Virus record (IMG/VR): IMGVR_UViG_3300033121_001564
Coordinates: 34,476 to 98,475 of that record
Source: a virus
Lineage: Duplodnaviria > Caudoviricetes
Reading direction: 5' to 3' (one strand)
DNA: 64,000 bases
The notes under the pieces are model-generated. The model was given only the letters and a program-made list of their open reading frames with translations, was not told where the DNA came from and searched no databases. A program made the translations under genes and the position numbers. Positions 9,877 to 18,695 of the stretch are shown in pieces (the first letter of the stretch is position 1; every line of letters begins with the position of its first letter).

Positions 9877-10184
9877 TGGCTGACGTGATATCCGGGACCT
9901 GGACCGTCCAGGAGTACACCTGTGACTGGGAGCCCATCGGCGAACCGTTCGAGATGAGATTCCTGCACCTCGAGATGAGATTCCTGCACCCTGTTGTTGT
10001 CGAGGACGCCGCCGAATCGGCCGCCGCGAGGATGGCCGGTCGGGAGGGTATCGCCACCGACTGGGGCGCTGTGGACGGCGACGTGCGGTACATGGAGCTG
10101 TGGCCCAGGGCTGGTGCGCCCGTTCGGGTTATGACGCGAGCCCAGGTGCGGGTGGCGTATGCGGTGACCGTGATGGGGGCGTGA
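9876..10184 (+). CDS. Hypothetical protein with internal 7-aa duplication
   Basis: AAGGAG RBS; coupled start. Confidence 0.6.
   Translation: MADVISGTWTVQEYTCDWEPIGEPFEMRFLHLEMRFLHPVVVEDAAESAAARMAGREGIATDWGAVDGDVRYMELWPRAGAPVRVMTRAQVRVAYAVTVMGA
9949..9990 (+). repeat. Perfect 21-bp tandem duplication
   Basis: TCGAGATGAGATTCCTGCACC twice, in frame. Confidence 0.9.
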
Positions 10185-10227
10185 TGTCGAACATCCAGTA
10201 CTACCTCGAACCCTTAGAGGACATCTG

Positions 10228-10464
10228 ATGGAGTCTCAACACAACCTTGCCCGCGTGGCCATGGCGCTGGCAGTCCTCGCCGGAGACGGGCTGCCAGACC
10301 TGACATCCAGGGGCACCGGCAATTGCAACCGCCGCAACCACTACTGCGGCGCGGACGACAACGGGGGCAGGCCGATCGAGGCGCCGGCTCGCCCGGGGCG
10401 GAACGCGCCGTGCCCGTGCGGGAGTAGGAGGAAGTTCAAGGCGTGTTGCCTGGGGAGGGATTGA
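10228..10464 (+). CDS. SEC-C metal-binding motif protein
   Basis: GRNAPCPCGSRRKFKACC. Confidence 0.85.
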   Translation: MESQHNLARVAMALAVLAGDGLPDLTSRGTGNCNRRNHYCGADDNGGRPIEAPARPGRNAPCPCGSRRKFKACCLGRD

Positions 10465-10685
10465 TGAGCAAGTCGAGGTTTCACGTTCCGATTCCCGGCG
10501 AGATGGGCAACCCCAGCATGGCGCGTGGTGCCGACATGGTGCGGGAGTTGGAGCAGTTCCTGGGGCAAGGGAAGCTGTTCTTCGTGGTGAGCAGGCAAGA
10601 GGTGGGCGACATTGTCTCCTACGTCGATTACCTGCTGGAGCAGATGTCGGGGGCTGTTCGGAGTGCTGGACACGAAGGGGGCTGA
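10464..10685 (+). CDS. Hypothetical protein
   Basis: TGATG coupling; GGAGG RBS. Confidence 0.6.
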   Translation: MSKSRFHVPIPGEMGNPSMARGADMVRELEQFLGQGKLFFVVSRQEVGDIVSYVDYLLEQMSGAVRSAGHEGG

Positions 10686-10688
10686 CTG

Positions 10689-10886
10689 ATGCTCGATCTG
10701 GACGCGACATTGAGGATACTGCAGGAGGTTGCCGCCGACACCTCGCAAGGTGCGATGGCGGTACTCGACTCCGAGGAGTGCCGGGTGATCCTCGACGAGA
10801 TCGAGAGGCTGAAAATCGTCTCGGGGCGTGGCGTGGCGCTCCCGAAAAGTCTCCCGTTCCGGGGCGACTGCTGCGAGTTCGGATGA
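10689..10886 (+). CDS. Hypothetical protein
   Basis: RBS and operon continuity. Confidence 0.55.
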   Translation: MLDLDATLRILQEVAADTSQGAMAVLDSEECRVILDEIERLKIVSGRGVALPKSLPFRGDCCEFG

Positions 10887-10935
10887 GAAATGGAGGTGCG
10901 TGGTGGGTGAAGTAAAAGGCGGAGAGCGAAAGACT

Positions 10936-11154
10936 ATGCACAAGACGGTGGAAGAACTTCGGGAACTGCTCTCCCGCGAGCCCCTGGGCGGAACCTGGAG
11001 ACACAAGAAGACCGGGAGGATCTACTCGATCCTCCAGAAGGTTATCATCGAGGCGACACTGGAACCCGGCGTGGTCTACTGGTGTCGTGGAGAGTGGATA
11101 CCGTTCGTTCGGCCGGTGACTGAGTTCCTGGTCAAGTTCGAGAGGGTGGACTGA
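10936..11154 (+). CDS. DUF1653-like protein
   Basis: GTWRHKKTGRIY...VVY...FVRPVTEF pattern. Confidence 0.7.
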   Translation: MHKTVEELRELLSREPLGGTWRHKKTGRIYSILQKVIIEATLEPGVVYWCRGEWIPFVRPVTEFLVKFERVD

Positions 11155-11420
11155 TGCTCGAGGATCTACCTGTCACCTACGTCCAGGAATGCGGTGATGC
11201 CTGGCTGCCCCTGGACGGTGCGCCGGTTCACGAGGTTCTGGGCCAGTCCGGGCACGAAGAGGCGGCGCGGACGGTGGCAGCTCAACTGGATGACGGTGTC
11301 CACGACATGGAGATGGTCGAGAAGGTGCGGCGATTCCGCGTCTGGAATGTGGGTGGAAAGCCAATGCTTGTCACTGTTGTGCGTGTCAATTACTGTGGCT
11401 ATCCAATGGCAATCGAGTAA
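11154..11420 (+). CDS. Hypothetical protein
   Basis: TGATG coupling. Confidence 0.6.
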   Translation: MLEDLPVTYVQECGDAWLPLDGAPVHEVLGQSGHEEAARTVAAQLDDGVHDMEMVEKVRRFRVWNVGGKPMLVTVVRVNYCGYPMAIE

Positions 11421-11425
11421 CAGTT

Positions 11426-11692
11426 ATGAGCGAGAAACTCTACGCGCGGTGTCCGATGTGTAAGGGCTCCCTGCGCTTCCCAGACCCTGCAGGCGGCGAT
11501 TGCTTCTGCACCCGGGGCAAGACGCCGGGGTGGGCGCTGATCGGCGTCACGATGGCCCAGCTCGAGCGAATGACCGATCTGGAGCGAGCCCTGGCCGGCG
11601 ACCCCGGACTGCCGACCGACCGGCGGGAGGCGGCACTCAGGCGGGTGAGGGCGGAATTGAAACTGCTCGATTACGGCGCCACTTCCTCCTGA
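11426..11692 (+). CDS. Hypothetical protein with Cys cluster
   Basis: CPMC...CFC; operon continuity. Confidence 0.6.
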   Translation: MSEKLYARCPMCKGSLRFPDPAGGDCFCTRGKTPGWALIGVTMAQLERMTDLERALAGDPGLPTDRREAALRRVRAELKLLDYGATSS

Positions 11693-11707
11693 CGTTACAC
11701 TTGCCCT

Positions 11708-12097
11708 ATGGCACTCGCCGATATCCTCCGCTCCCTGTTCCCGCGTGGCCCGCGCAAGCCCCGACGCCTCTCCGAGGTCCCCCGGGAGTTCCGCGCCCGC
11801 TGTGTCGCCTACTTCGACGACCCGTCGCACTGGCAGGGGTGCGTTTCCAGTAACGTCCACTCGTTCGCCCTGTTCATCGACCTGACGCGGGCGAAGGACA
11901 CCAACACGCTGGGCGTCAGGTTCAGCCCGGGGCACGAGATCACGGAATACTGGTACTTCGGGGTGCCGCTGAGGATCTACAGCGACATGATTTCGGCCGC
12001 GAGCAAAGGTCGATTTGTGTGGGAACAACTCCGTCTGGCCAACTATTTTGACTATTACAAGAGAGGTGTAGTCGGGTATGACGGCGTCGTGAGTTGA
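11708..12097 (+). CDS. KTSC domain protein
   Basis: VSSNVHS...TLGVRF...YWYFGVP..IY..MISAASKGRF. Confidence 0.8.
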   Translation: MALADILRSLFPRGPRKPRRLSEVPREFRARCVAYFDDPSHWQGCVSSNVHSFALFIDLTRAKDTNTLGVRFSPGHEITEYWYFGVPLRIYSDMISAASKGRFVWEQLRLANYFDYYKRGVVGYDGVVS

Positions 12098-12122
12098 CTG
12101 TCAACTCACTGTCGGGTACAGT
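12089..12122 (+). promoter_or_regulatory. Sigma70-type promoter with overlapping palindrome (possible operator)
   Basis: TTGACT (12094)-17 bp-TACAGT (12117); perfect inverted repeat GTGAGTTGAC-T-GTCAACTCAC (12089-12109) covers the -35. Confidence 0.7.
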
Positions 12123-12143
12123 GTGGGTGTCATAAGACTTCAC

Positions 12144-12209
12144 GCGGGGCGGTCCAGGACCAGTCGGTGCTCGACACCGAACAGCCAGGTGCGACACCGG
12201 GGCCCTGCT
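12144..12209 (+). ncRNA. tRNA-like (non-canonical cloverleaf) RNA
   Basis: 7-bp stem GCGGGGC/GCCCTGC; GGTC-CAG-GACC mini D-arm; TCGGT-GCTCGAC-ACCGA arm; CCAGG-TGCGACA-CCGGG T-like arm. Confidence 0.55.
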
Positions 12210-12355
12210 CTCCCGATTCTCATACTCAACCCGTAGCAGCAGGGGCCGAGCGCTGGCAGAGTGTGCAGGGGGCGACAGACCACGGTGTCAGTCCCCATCC
12301 CAGTCGGGCCGGGTAGCTCCCCGTGGCAGCCAGAACGCCCCACACCCCACTTTAT

Positions 12356-12391
12356 CCGCTCTCCTGCCCGACAGGGGAGCGGTTTCTCTTT
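12356..12391 (+). terminator. Rho-independent terminator
   Basis: CCGCTCTCCTG/CAGGGGAGCGG stem followed by TTTCTCTTT. Confidence 0.75.
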
Positions 12392-12407
12392 CCGGAGCAG
12401 CACAAGG

Positions 12408-12686
12408 ATGAAGCACAAGAATCCGGTTACACAACGGGCGATCGTCTCCTGCTGTGCGATCGTGTCCCAGTCGGCAACGCCTACCGAGATCAACAACGCC
12501 ATCGGCGATGCGGTCAAGACCGCGACAGATCAGGTGACGAGCCAGATGCCGGTGTTCATCGTCGAGACCACGAACGTCACGCCGGTGCCCAGCGGCAGCT
12601 GGATCGTGTTCAACGTCACACTGATCGCCCGGGCGGCGAAGGGCGGGCAACCGCACTGCCCGAAGCACGGCTACTCGGCGAACTGA
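12408..12686 (+). CDS. Hypothetical protein
   Basis: GGAG upstream; protein-like composition. Confidence 0.55.
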   Translation: MKHKNPVTQRAIVSCCAIVSQSATPTEINNAIGDAVKTATDQVTSQMPVFIVETTNVTPVPSGSWIVFNVTLIARAAKGGQPHCPKHGYSAN

Positions 12687-12720
12687 TTTGCCCCGTTGGG
12701 GTGCGATGGTGTAAGGGGCT

Positions 12721-12834
12721 ATGTTGATGCCAAAGGGCTGGGATCTCTTCTGTGCCGTCAGCCTGGTGGTGGTGGTGCTCTGGCGGATCCTCGACTGGGT
12801 GTGGGATGACGACTGGCACGACTTTCGGGTGTGA
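12721..12834 (+). CDS. 37-aa single-pass membrane peptide
   Basis: AAGGGG RBS; LFCAVSLVVVVLW hydrophobic core, acidic tail. Confidence 0.45.
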   Translation: MLMPKGWDLFCAVSLVVVVLWRILDWVWDDDWHDFRV

Positions 12835-12838
12835 TGGA

Positions 12839-13534
12839 ATGAGTGAAGACAGGTTGCCTTCCGAGTCCTCTGAACCCCTGCCGTCCGCTCCGAAGAAGCG
12901 TCGGGCGATGAAGGCGCTCAAGCCGAAGGAGCAGGCGTTCGTCCGTTACTTCGTGGGCGGTTGCTCGGGCGCGGAGGCGGTAAGGCGGGCTGGCTGGAAG
13001 CACAAGAACCCCAAGTTCTACGCTTACTACCTGCTGAAGAAGCCCGCAGTCGCCCTGGCGGTCGAGGAGGAAAAGGAAGCTGCAGCTGCCACGATCCAGG
13101 TGGAGACGTTCCAGATCCTCGAGGAAATCAAGCGGATCGCTCACGCTGACGAGACGGACTTCGACATCGACGCGAAGGGCAGACTCTACTGCGTGAGCGG
13201 CGACCCGCTGGCCACGCGCGCCGTGCAGACCTTCAAGCGCACGGAGCGGCACCTTCCCGGCGGCGTCGTCAAGGTCGAGTACAGCATCACCATGCACTCG
13301 AAGATCAAGGCGCTGGACATGCTGGGCAGGCTCAAGGGCATGTTCAAGGAGGACGGCGAGGGCTCGGACGCTCCCAGTGTGCTCGTGATCTCGGGTATCG
13401 ACCCCCAGGTCGCACTGGGGCTGGCCCAGCCGTCCGCCCAGCCCTCGGAGAAGGCGCATGCGAGCCCAGACCCGGCGAGTCTCCCGCAACCTGGAGTTCC
13501 GGGGGGCGGCCCGGGACCTGTGGGGCACTCGTGA
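12839..13534 (+). CDS. terS: Terminase small subunit
   Basis: LKPKEQAFVRYF...AEAVRRAGW...LLKKPAV and SKIKALDMLGR..GMF; directly upstream of terL. Confidence 0.88.
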   Translation: MSEDRLPSESSEPLPSAPKKRRAMKALKPKEQAFVRYFVGGCSGAEAVRRAGWKHKNPKFYAYYLLKKPAVALAVEEEKEAAAATIQVETFQILEEIKRIAHADETDFDIDAKGRLYCVSGDPLATRAVQTFKRTERHLPGGVVKVEYSITMHSKIKALDMLGRLKGMFKEDGEGSDAPSVLVISGIDPQVALGLAQPSAQPSEKAHASPDPASLPQPGVPGGGPGPVGHS

Positions 13535-15278
13535 CACCGAGGTCGTCATCTCGGGCCCGGCGGGAACCGGCAAGAGCGTGTCCTGCCTGGCCCGGCTGCA
13601 CTACCTCGCCGACGCCGTGCCCGGGTTCCGCGGGCTGATCTGTCGCAAGACGCGCGAATCCCTGACGGAGTCCGCGCTGGCCACATTCGAGGCGCACATC
13701 GTCCAGCCTGACCACGCCATCCTGAAGGCCGGCGGACAGAGGCGGATGCGTCAGGCATACAACTACCCCAACGGTTCGAGTATCGTCGTCGGCGGGCTGG
13801 ACAAGCCGGGGAAGATATTCTCCACCGAGTGGGACATGGTCTATGTCCAGGAAGCCATCGAATTCCGTGAGGATGCCTGGGAGGCCATCATCACACGGTT
13901 GCGCAACAACAAGTTGCCCTACCAGCAGATCATGGCGGACACCAACCCCGACGCCCCGACGCACTGGATCAAACGTCGGCAGGCGTCGGGTTCACTCGTG
14001 ATGCTCGAGAGCCGACATGAGGACAACCCGGCATACTATGACCCCCGGACAGGCTGGACACCCAAGGGGTCTGACTACTTAGCCAGGCTGGAAAAGATCA
14101 CGGGAGTGCGGTATCTTCGCCTGCGCAGGGGGTTGTGGGTTCAGGCCGAGGGTGTGGTCTACAGTGAGTATGACCCTCACAAACACCTGATCCACAGATT
14201 CGAGATTCCTTTCGACTGGGACAGGTACTGGACGGTGGACTTCGGGTTCACCAATGCGTTCGTCTGTCAGTTCTGGGCAAGGGATCACGACGGCAGGCTC
14301 TACCGATACCGTGAGGTCTATCACACGAAGCGCATCGTTGCCGATCACGCAAAGAGAATGTTGCACTTGCTCGATGAAGAATGTGGATATTGGGCGAGGA
14401 AGCTGGGGCTGCCGGTCGATAATGTGAAGGCAAGGCTGCGACCGAAGGCCGTCATCTGTGACCATGACCGCGAGGACCGCGAGACGTTGACGCGGGAGTT
14501 GGGGATGCCCACGACGAGCGCGAAGAAGGTGGTCAAGCGGGGCATCGACGCGGTGCAGGCACGGTTCCGGGACGCGCCCGATGGCAAGCCCAGGCTGTTC
14601 CTGCTCGAGGACTCGCTGGACGAGCGGGACCCGGACCTGGTGGAGGCGAAACTGCCGATCGGGTTCGAGGAGGAGGTGGGCGCGTACGTCTGGGACGGGG
14701 AGAAGGACGAGCCGGTGAAGGAGGGAGATCATGCCTGTCTCGTTGCCGGGACGATGGTCACGACGCTGGAGGGTCTGGTCCCGATCGAACAGGTGAAGGT
14801 GGGGTGCAGGGTTCTCACGCGGAAGGGGTATCGCAGGGTGCTGGCGTCGGGGATGACGAGCGATTCTGCTGAGGTCATCACGGTCTACTTCGACAACAAC
14901 AGGACTTTGACGGGAACCGCGAACCACCCTGTTTATGTTCCCGGTTATGGCTTCAGGCCGATCGAGAGTTTGAGGCACGCCGACCGCGTCTCGTGCGACA
15001 ACTCGTACGCCCGGGGGGGCCGGCTCGTCGTGATGACCCAGTACAGGGACAAGCCCGTTCCCGTCTACAACCTCACGGTGGAGGACGAGCCGGAGTTCTA
15101 CGCGAACGGCGTGCTGGTTCACAATTGCGACGCGCTGCGCTACATGGTCGCCCATCTGGATCTGGACGGCCCGCCCGAGGTGGCGAGCGTGGCAGGCCCG
15201 GGACCGAAGGCGGAGCGGACGCCCTCGATACGGTTTGGGGACGCGGGGGGTAGGAAATCGAGGTTGCTGGGGAGGTAA
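13458..15278 (+). CDS. terL: Terminase large subunit with mini-intein
   Basis: SGPAGTGKS Walker A, YVQEA, DTNP, VDFGF, DHA/CDALRY nuclease motif. Confidence 0.93.
   Translation: MRAQTRRVSRNLEFRGAARDLWGTRDTEVVISGPAGTGKSVSCLARLHYLADAVPGFRGLICRKTRESLTESALATFEAHIVQPDHAILKAGGQRRMRQAYNYPNGSSIVVGGLDKPGKIFSTEWDMVYVQEAIEFREDAWEAIITRLRNNKLPYQQIMADTNPDAPTHWIKRRQASGSLVMLESRHEDNPAYYDPRTGWTPKGSDYLARLEKITGVRYLRLRRGLWVQAEGVVYSEYDPHKHLIHRFEIPFDWDRYWTVDFGFTNAFVCQFWARDHDGRLYRYREVYHTKRIVADHAKRMLHLLDEECGYWARKLGLPVDNVKARLRPKAVICDHDREDRETLTRELGMPTTSAKKVVKRGIDAVQARFRDAPDGKPRLFLLEDSLDERDPDLVEAKLPIGFEEEVGAYVWDGEKDEPVKEGDHACLVAGTMVTTLEGLVPIEQVKVGCRVLTRKGYRRVLASGMTSDSAEVITVYFDNNRTLTGTANHPVYVPGYGFRPIESLRHADRVSCDNSYARGGRLVVMTQYRDKPVPVYNLTVEDEPEFYANGVLVHNCDALRYMVAHLDLDGPPEVASVAGPGPKAERTPSIRFGDAGGRKSRLLGR
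14736..15125 (+). mobile_element. Class 1 mini-intein (130 aa, no endonuclease) in TerL
   Basis: CLVAGT start, TANH block B, VYNLTV...ANGVLVHN end, +1 Cys. Confidence 0.92.
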
Positions 15279-15281
15279 GGT

Positions 15282-16367
15282 ATGCGGAACTTCTACGACC
15301 CCAAACCTAACGATCTAGAAAAACTCTCCAGCGGGTCATGGTGTGCCGCGTACTCCGGCGGGAAGGATTCGACGTCGCTCGTTACCTGGGTCGAGTGGCT
15401 GAGGCGTTCCGGCTGGATCACGGCCGACAATCCCATGCTGGTTCGATCCGATACCGGGGTGGAAGATCCCGCGCTGATCGCCCTGGCTGAGGGTATGACA
15501 CGACTGCTCGAGGACTGTGGCTGGCACTGCTACACGGTACGCCCGGAGGTTCACGAGAGACTCTACCCGCAGATCCTGGGGCGTGGGCTGCCACCCGTCC
15601 ACCCCGGCGTGCGTCACCTCAGATGGTGTACACGGTCCACGAAGATCGATCCAATGGGACGCGAGAAGGACCGATTCGGGATCGGACTCACACTCACCGG
15701 GCTGAGACTGGGCGAGTCGGCGATGCGTGACGGGAAACTCTTGAAGTCTTCCTGCGCGGCCGGCGGGGAATGCGGGATACCGGACCCCGGCGAGGGAAGG
15801 TACTCGCCGCTCCTCCAGTGGAAGACCTGTCAGGTGATCGACTGGCTGAACGGGCATGTTGGATCCAAGGTCCGGGACGTCATGGAGAACGTGTTCGCGC
15901 TGACCCGGCAACTGGTGGACCTGTACGGGATCCGGACGGCAACAAACCTGTTCGAGGAGACGGAGGTACTGAGCCAGGCCAGGTTCGGCTGCGTGGGCTG
16001 CCCAGCGATCGGCAAAGAGTCCCATGCGCCGGCATCCGTGATGCGGCGGAACGGCGCCGGGAGCCCACTCAATGAACTCTACGACGTTTGGTTCGAGGCG
16101 CGGAAGGCTGAGAATCGACTCATCGGGTGGAGAAAGGGAAAGGCGATCAAGGGACCAATCCGCATGGAGGCGCGGAAGCGACTGTTCGATCGCGTGATCG
16201 GCATACAGGAGAGGTCCGGGGTGACGCTGGTTACGCCCGAGGACGAGGCGTTCATTCGGGGATGCTGGGAGAGGAACGTCTATCCGCGTGGGTGGAGCGA
16301 ATCGGATGAGGTTTACGAGTGGCCAGAGGGTCCGCTGCTTGGTGACGGGAACCAGGGTGGGAGGTGA
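15282..16367 (+). CDS. PAPS reductase-family (DndC-like) PP-loop protein
   Basis: AYSGGKDS, SDTGVE, RWCT..KIDP, TGLRLGES..R, RFGCVGC. Confidence 0.85.
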   Translation: MRNFYDPKPNDLEKLSSGSWCAAYSGGKDSTSLVTWVEWLRRSGWITADNPMLVRSDTGVEDPALIALAEGMTRLLEDCGWHCYTVRPEVHERLYPQILGRGLPPVHPGVRHLRWCTRSTKIDPMGREKDRFGIGLTLTGLRLGESAMRDGKLLKSSCAAGGECGIPDPGEGRYSPLLQWKTCQVIDWLNGHVGSKVRDVMENVFALTRQLVDLYGIRTATNLFEETEVLSQARFGCVGCPAIGKESHAPASVMRRNGAGSPLNELYDVWFEARKAENRLIGWRKGKAIKGPIRMEARKRLFDRVIGIQERSGVTLVTPEDEAFIRGCWERNVYPRGWSESDEVYEWPEGPLLGDGNQGGR

Positions 16368-16588
16368 CAGAGGGCATGGACACGGAAGCCGAGATCGGAC
16401 GAATGCTCGACGAGGGTTGTCCGCACCACGACCCTGACGAGGTCCGCCGCGAGGTGGACTGCCAGGGGTGGGTGGAGCTGGACGACGGCTCGTGCGTGGA
16501 ACTGCCTGTGGTCGAGACGATCGACCTGGCGGACGCACGGCGGGACCCGAAACTGGCGGCGTTCGTCGATGCGCTGTGGGGGAACTGA
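16364..16588 (+). CDS. Acidic hypothetical protein
   Basis: GTGA overlap (alternative ATG at 16376). Confidence 0.55.
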   Translation: MTEGMDTEAEIGRMLDEGCPHHDPDEVRREVDCQGWVELDDGSCVELPVVETIDLADARRDPKLAAFVDALWGN

Positions 16589-16911
16589 TGCTCACCGATG
16601 CCGAAATCGCTCACGTTCGCTCGCAGATCGAGCCCGTCGTTGGCCCGACGTATGCGGGCTGGTACGAGGAGGCGTGCAAGATCCAGCCCGGGGAGACAGA
16701 CGCCCCGCACGATGTGGTTCTGTGGGCCTGTCGTGCCCGCGAGGCCATCTTCACGAAGGCTCGCGACATGGGCGAGGTTGCCAGCGCCCTGCGGGAACTG
16801 ATCGACACCTGCAAGAAGGGGATTAAATTCGGCGTCCTCACGTCAGCCTGTATGAGTCCTCTGGATAAGGCTCTGGAAAACGCGGAGAAAGCTTTATGGT
16901 GGCAGAAGTAG
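16588..16911 (+). CDS. Hypothetical protein
   Basis: TGATG coupling. Confidence 0.6.
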   Translation: MLTDAEIAHVRSQIEPVVGPTYAGWYEEACKIQPGETDAPHDVVLWACRAREAIFTKARDMGEVASALRELIDTCKKGIKFGVLTSACMSPLDKALENAEKALWWQK

Positions 16912-16925
16912 CGACTGGCGCTGTC

Positions 16926-17465
16926 ATGCACGAAACCCAGGCGACCATCACGGCGTGGGCCAACGAGACGTTCGGCGAGATCCCGACCAGCGCCACCCTC
17001 GTCGCACGCGCGAACGAGGAGATGGCGGAGTTGCTCCGGGCCGTCACGCAGGACGACCACCACCCGAAGTTGTCCGAGGAGTTGGCGGACGTGGTCATCG
17101 TCCTGTGCCGACTGGGCGACCGGTTTGGCGTGGATGTGTTGGGGCAGGAAAAGCCGTTCACGCGGGAGAACTGGGGGCCGTACTGGCTCGTGTTCAATGC
17201 GACCCAATCGTACTACAAGTCCAACGCTGGCCGGGTTGCCGATGTCGGTGTCCGACTGATGGAACTCCTGGGCGACGTGGCTCTTGGATGGAGCCACTAC
17301 ACCCAGAGCTACAGTCTGGTCCGCGTCTGCATTCTCCTGCACTGGTTGGCGCGGGAGTTCGGGTGCGACCTGCAAGCCGAGGTCGAGAAGAAGATGGCAG
17401 TCAACCGCACTCGGGTGTGGGCGAAGACTGGCGACGGGCATGGGTATCACGTTCGGCAGAAGTGA
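16926..17465 (+). CDS. MazG-like all-alpha dNTP pyrophosphohydrolase
   Basis: WANETFG...EEMAEL...EELADVVIVL...KKMAVNRTRVW. Confidence 0.8.
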   Translation: MHETQATITAWANETFGEIPTSATLVARANEEMAELLRAVTQDDHHPKLSEELADVVIVLCRLGDRFGVDVLGQEKPFTRENWGPYWLVFNATQSYYKSNAGRVADVGVRLMELLGDVALGWSHYTQSYSLVRVCILLHWLAREFGCDLQAEVEKKMAVNRTRVWAKTGDGHGYHVRQK

Positions 17466-17474
17466 GGGTCTGCG

Positions 17475-17849
17475 ATGGCATGCAGTGAGTGCCAGAAGCG
17501 GTTGGATGCTGCGAATGAGCTGATCCGGTTCATTGCCTCGTGCGGGCGGCGGTTCTTCGAGCACAAGGGCACGGTCGCCCACATGGAGATGGACGCCAGG
17601 GGCCGGTTGTGGTGGCACGACGAGTACACGAAGAAGCGGGTGTACATGCACCAGCGATGGCTCAGAAAGAATTTCAGCCACGGCGGCACGCTGAACGGGT
17701 TTGCTCGTGCGTTGCGGGACTTCGTGAAGGGCGGGGGCAGGCTGAACTCCTACCACCGCGACCACTGGGGCTATGGCGAGGACATGCCCAGGGTTATCGC
17801 CAGGGCGGTCGAGTTGGGAATCATGGAGGCCGGATGTCCGGAGACGTGA
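17475..17849 (+). CDS. Hypothetical protein
   Basis: GAGGG RBS; FSHGGTL...WGYGE pattern. Confidence 0.7.
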   Translation: MACSECQKRLDAANELIRFIASCGRRFFEHKGTVAHMEMDARGRLWWHDEYTKKRVYMHQRWLRKNFSHGGTLNGFARALRDFVKGGGRLNSYHRDHWGYGEDMPRVIARAVELGIMEAGCPET

Positions 17850-18040
17850 TGTCGGACGCAAAGGCTGAGCACGACCTGGCAACCCTGATGCGTCTCGCGG
17901 ACCCGCCTCCGAGGCGCATCATCGGGCTCGCCAACGATGGCTCCTGGCTGTGGGCCGTCCGCTGCTCGTGCGGGCGGTACGTCCCGGAGACGGATGGGTT
18001 CTGTGCCAGCTGTGGCAAACCGACGGAGGTTCGACCATGA
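17849..18040 (+). CDS. Small Zn-ribbon protein
   Basis: CSCG...CASCG; coupled on both sides. Confidence 0.6.
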   Translation: MSDAKAEHDLATLMRLADPPPRRIIGLANDGSWLWAVRCSCGRYVPETDGFCASCGKPTEVRP

Positions 18041-18615
18041 AAACGAGTACGCTGTTCTACGTCTTCGCGATGCTGCTGTTCCTGGCGTGCGACGGGCTCT
18101 TTTTCTTCGTGCTGGCGCCCTACCGTGCCGAGATGGGTGACCCCTTGGCGTTCTCCGTCGGGGCGATCATCATGTTCGGCTATGGGGTGACCACGGCGCT
18201 GTACGTCGGTGGGCAGGCGGTGCGGAAGTTGGAAGGCGACGTGAGTATCTGGCGGCAAGGCTACCGTGACGCGAATGAGGTAGCTGCCACGAACCGCGAC
18301 CACGCGGAAGCCGAGGCGAGAGTCGCGGAACGGTACATGGACGCCATCCGCCGGCATCGCGACGAGCCAGGCCCCGAACGCTGCTGGCTCGACGACGAAC
18401 GCCTGTACGCTGTCCTCCCCGAGGGGTACACCCCGCCCGAACGTGCCGTGGGACTCTGCCTGTCCGACTGCGAGCGATTCCTGGCGTGCAGACTCAACCC
18501 GGACACGGAGTACGTCTCACCCCAGCGGCGCATCGAGGAGCTGGAGGGTGAGGTCGCCCGACTGCGGAAGATGGTGCGGGCGGAAGAGATTTACGTTCGG
18601 AAGGGGCAGGCATGA
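18037..18615 (+). CDS. Membrane protein (two N-terminal TM segments)
   Basis: Two hydrophobic stretches, then a soluble domain. Confidence 0.65.
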   Translation: MKTSTLFYVFAMLLFLACDGLFFFVLAPYRAEMGDPLAFSVGAIIMFGYGVTTALYVGGQAVRKLEGDVSIWRQGYRDANEVAATNRDHAEAEARVAERYMDAIRRHRDEPGPERCWLDDERLYAVLPEGYTPPERAVGLCLSDCERFLACRLNPDTEYVSPQRRIEELEGEVARLRKMVRAEEIYVRKGQA

Positions 18616-18695
18616 CTCGCAGTTACCCTGCCACCTCCACGCCGTGTCGTCATGTCAACCTGGCACCCTTCACCCCGCCACTAAAGGGGGCAAGC

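Noticed and set aside
12144-12209. Canonical tRNA-Arg(TCG)
   Set aside because: No proper D-loop, no U33, T-loop not TTC, mismatch in the T-stem and no CCA; kept only as tRNA-like.
15282-16367. Complete Dnd/Ssp phosphorothioation system
   Set aside because: Partner genes are absent from the window.
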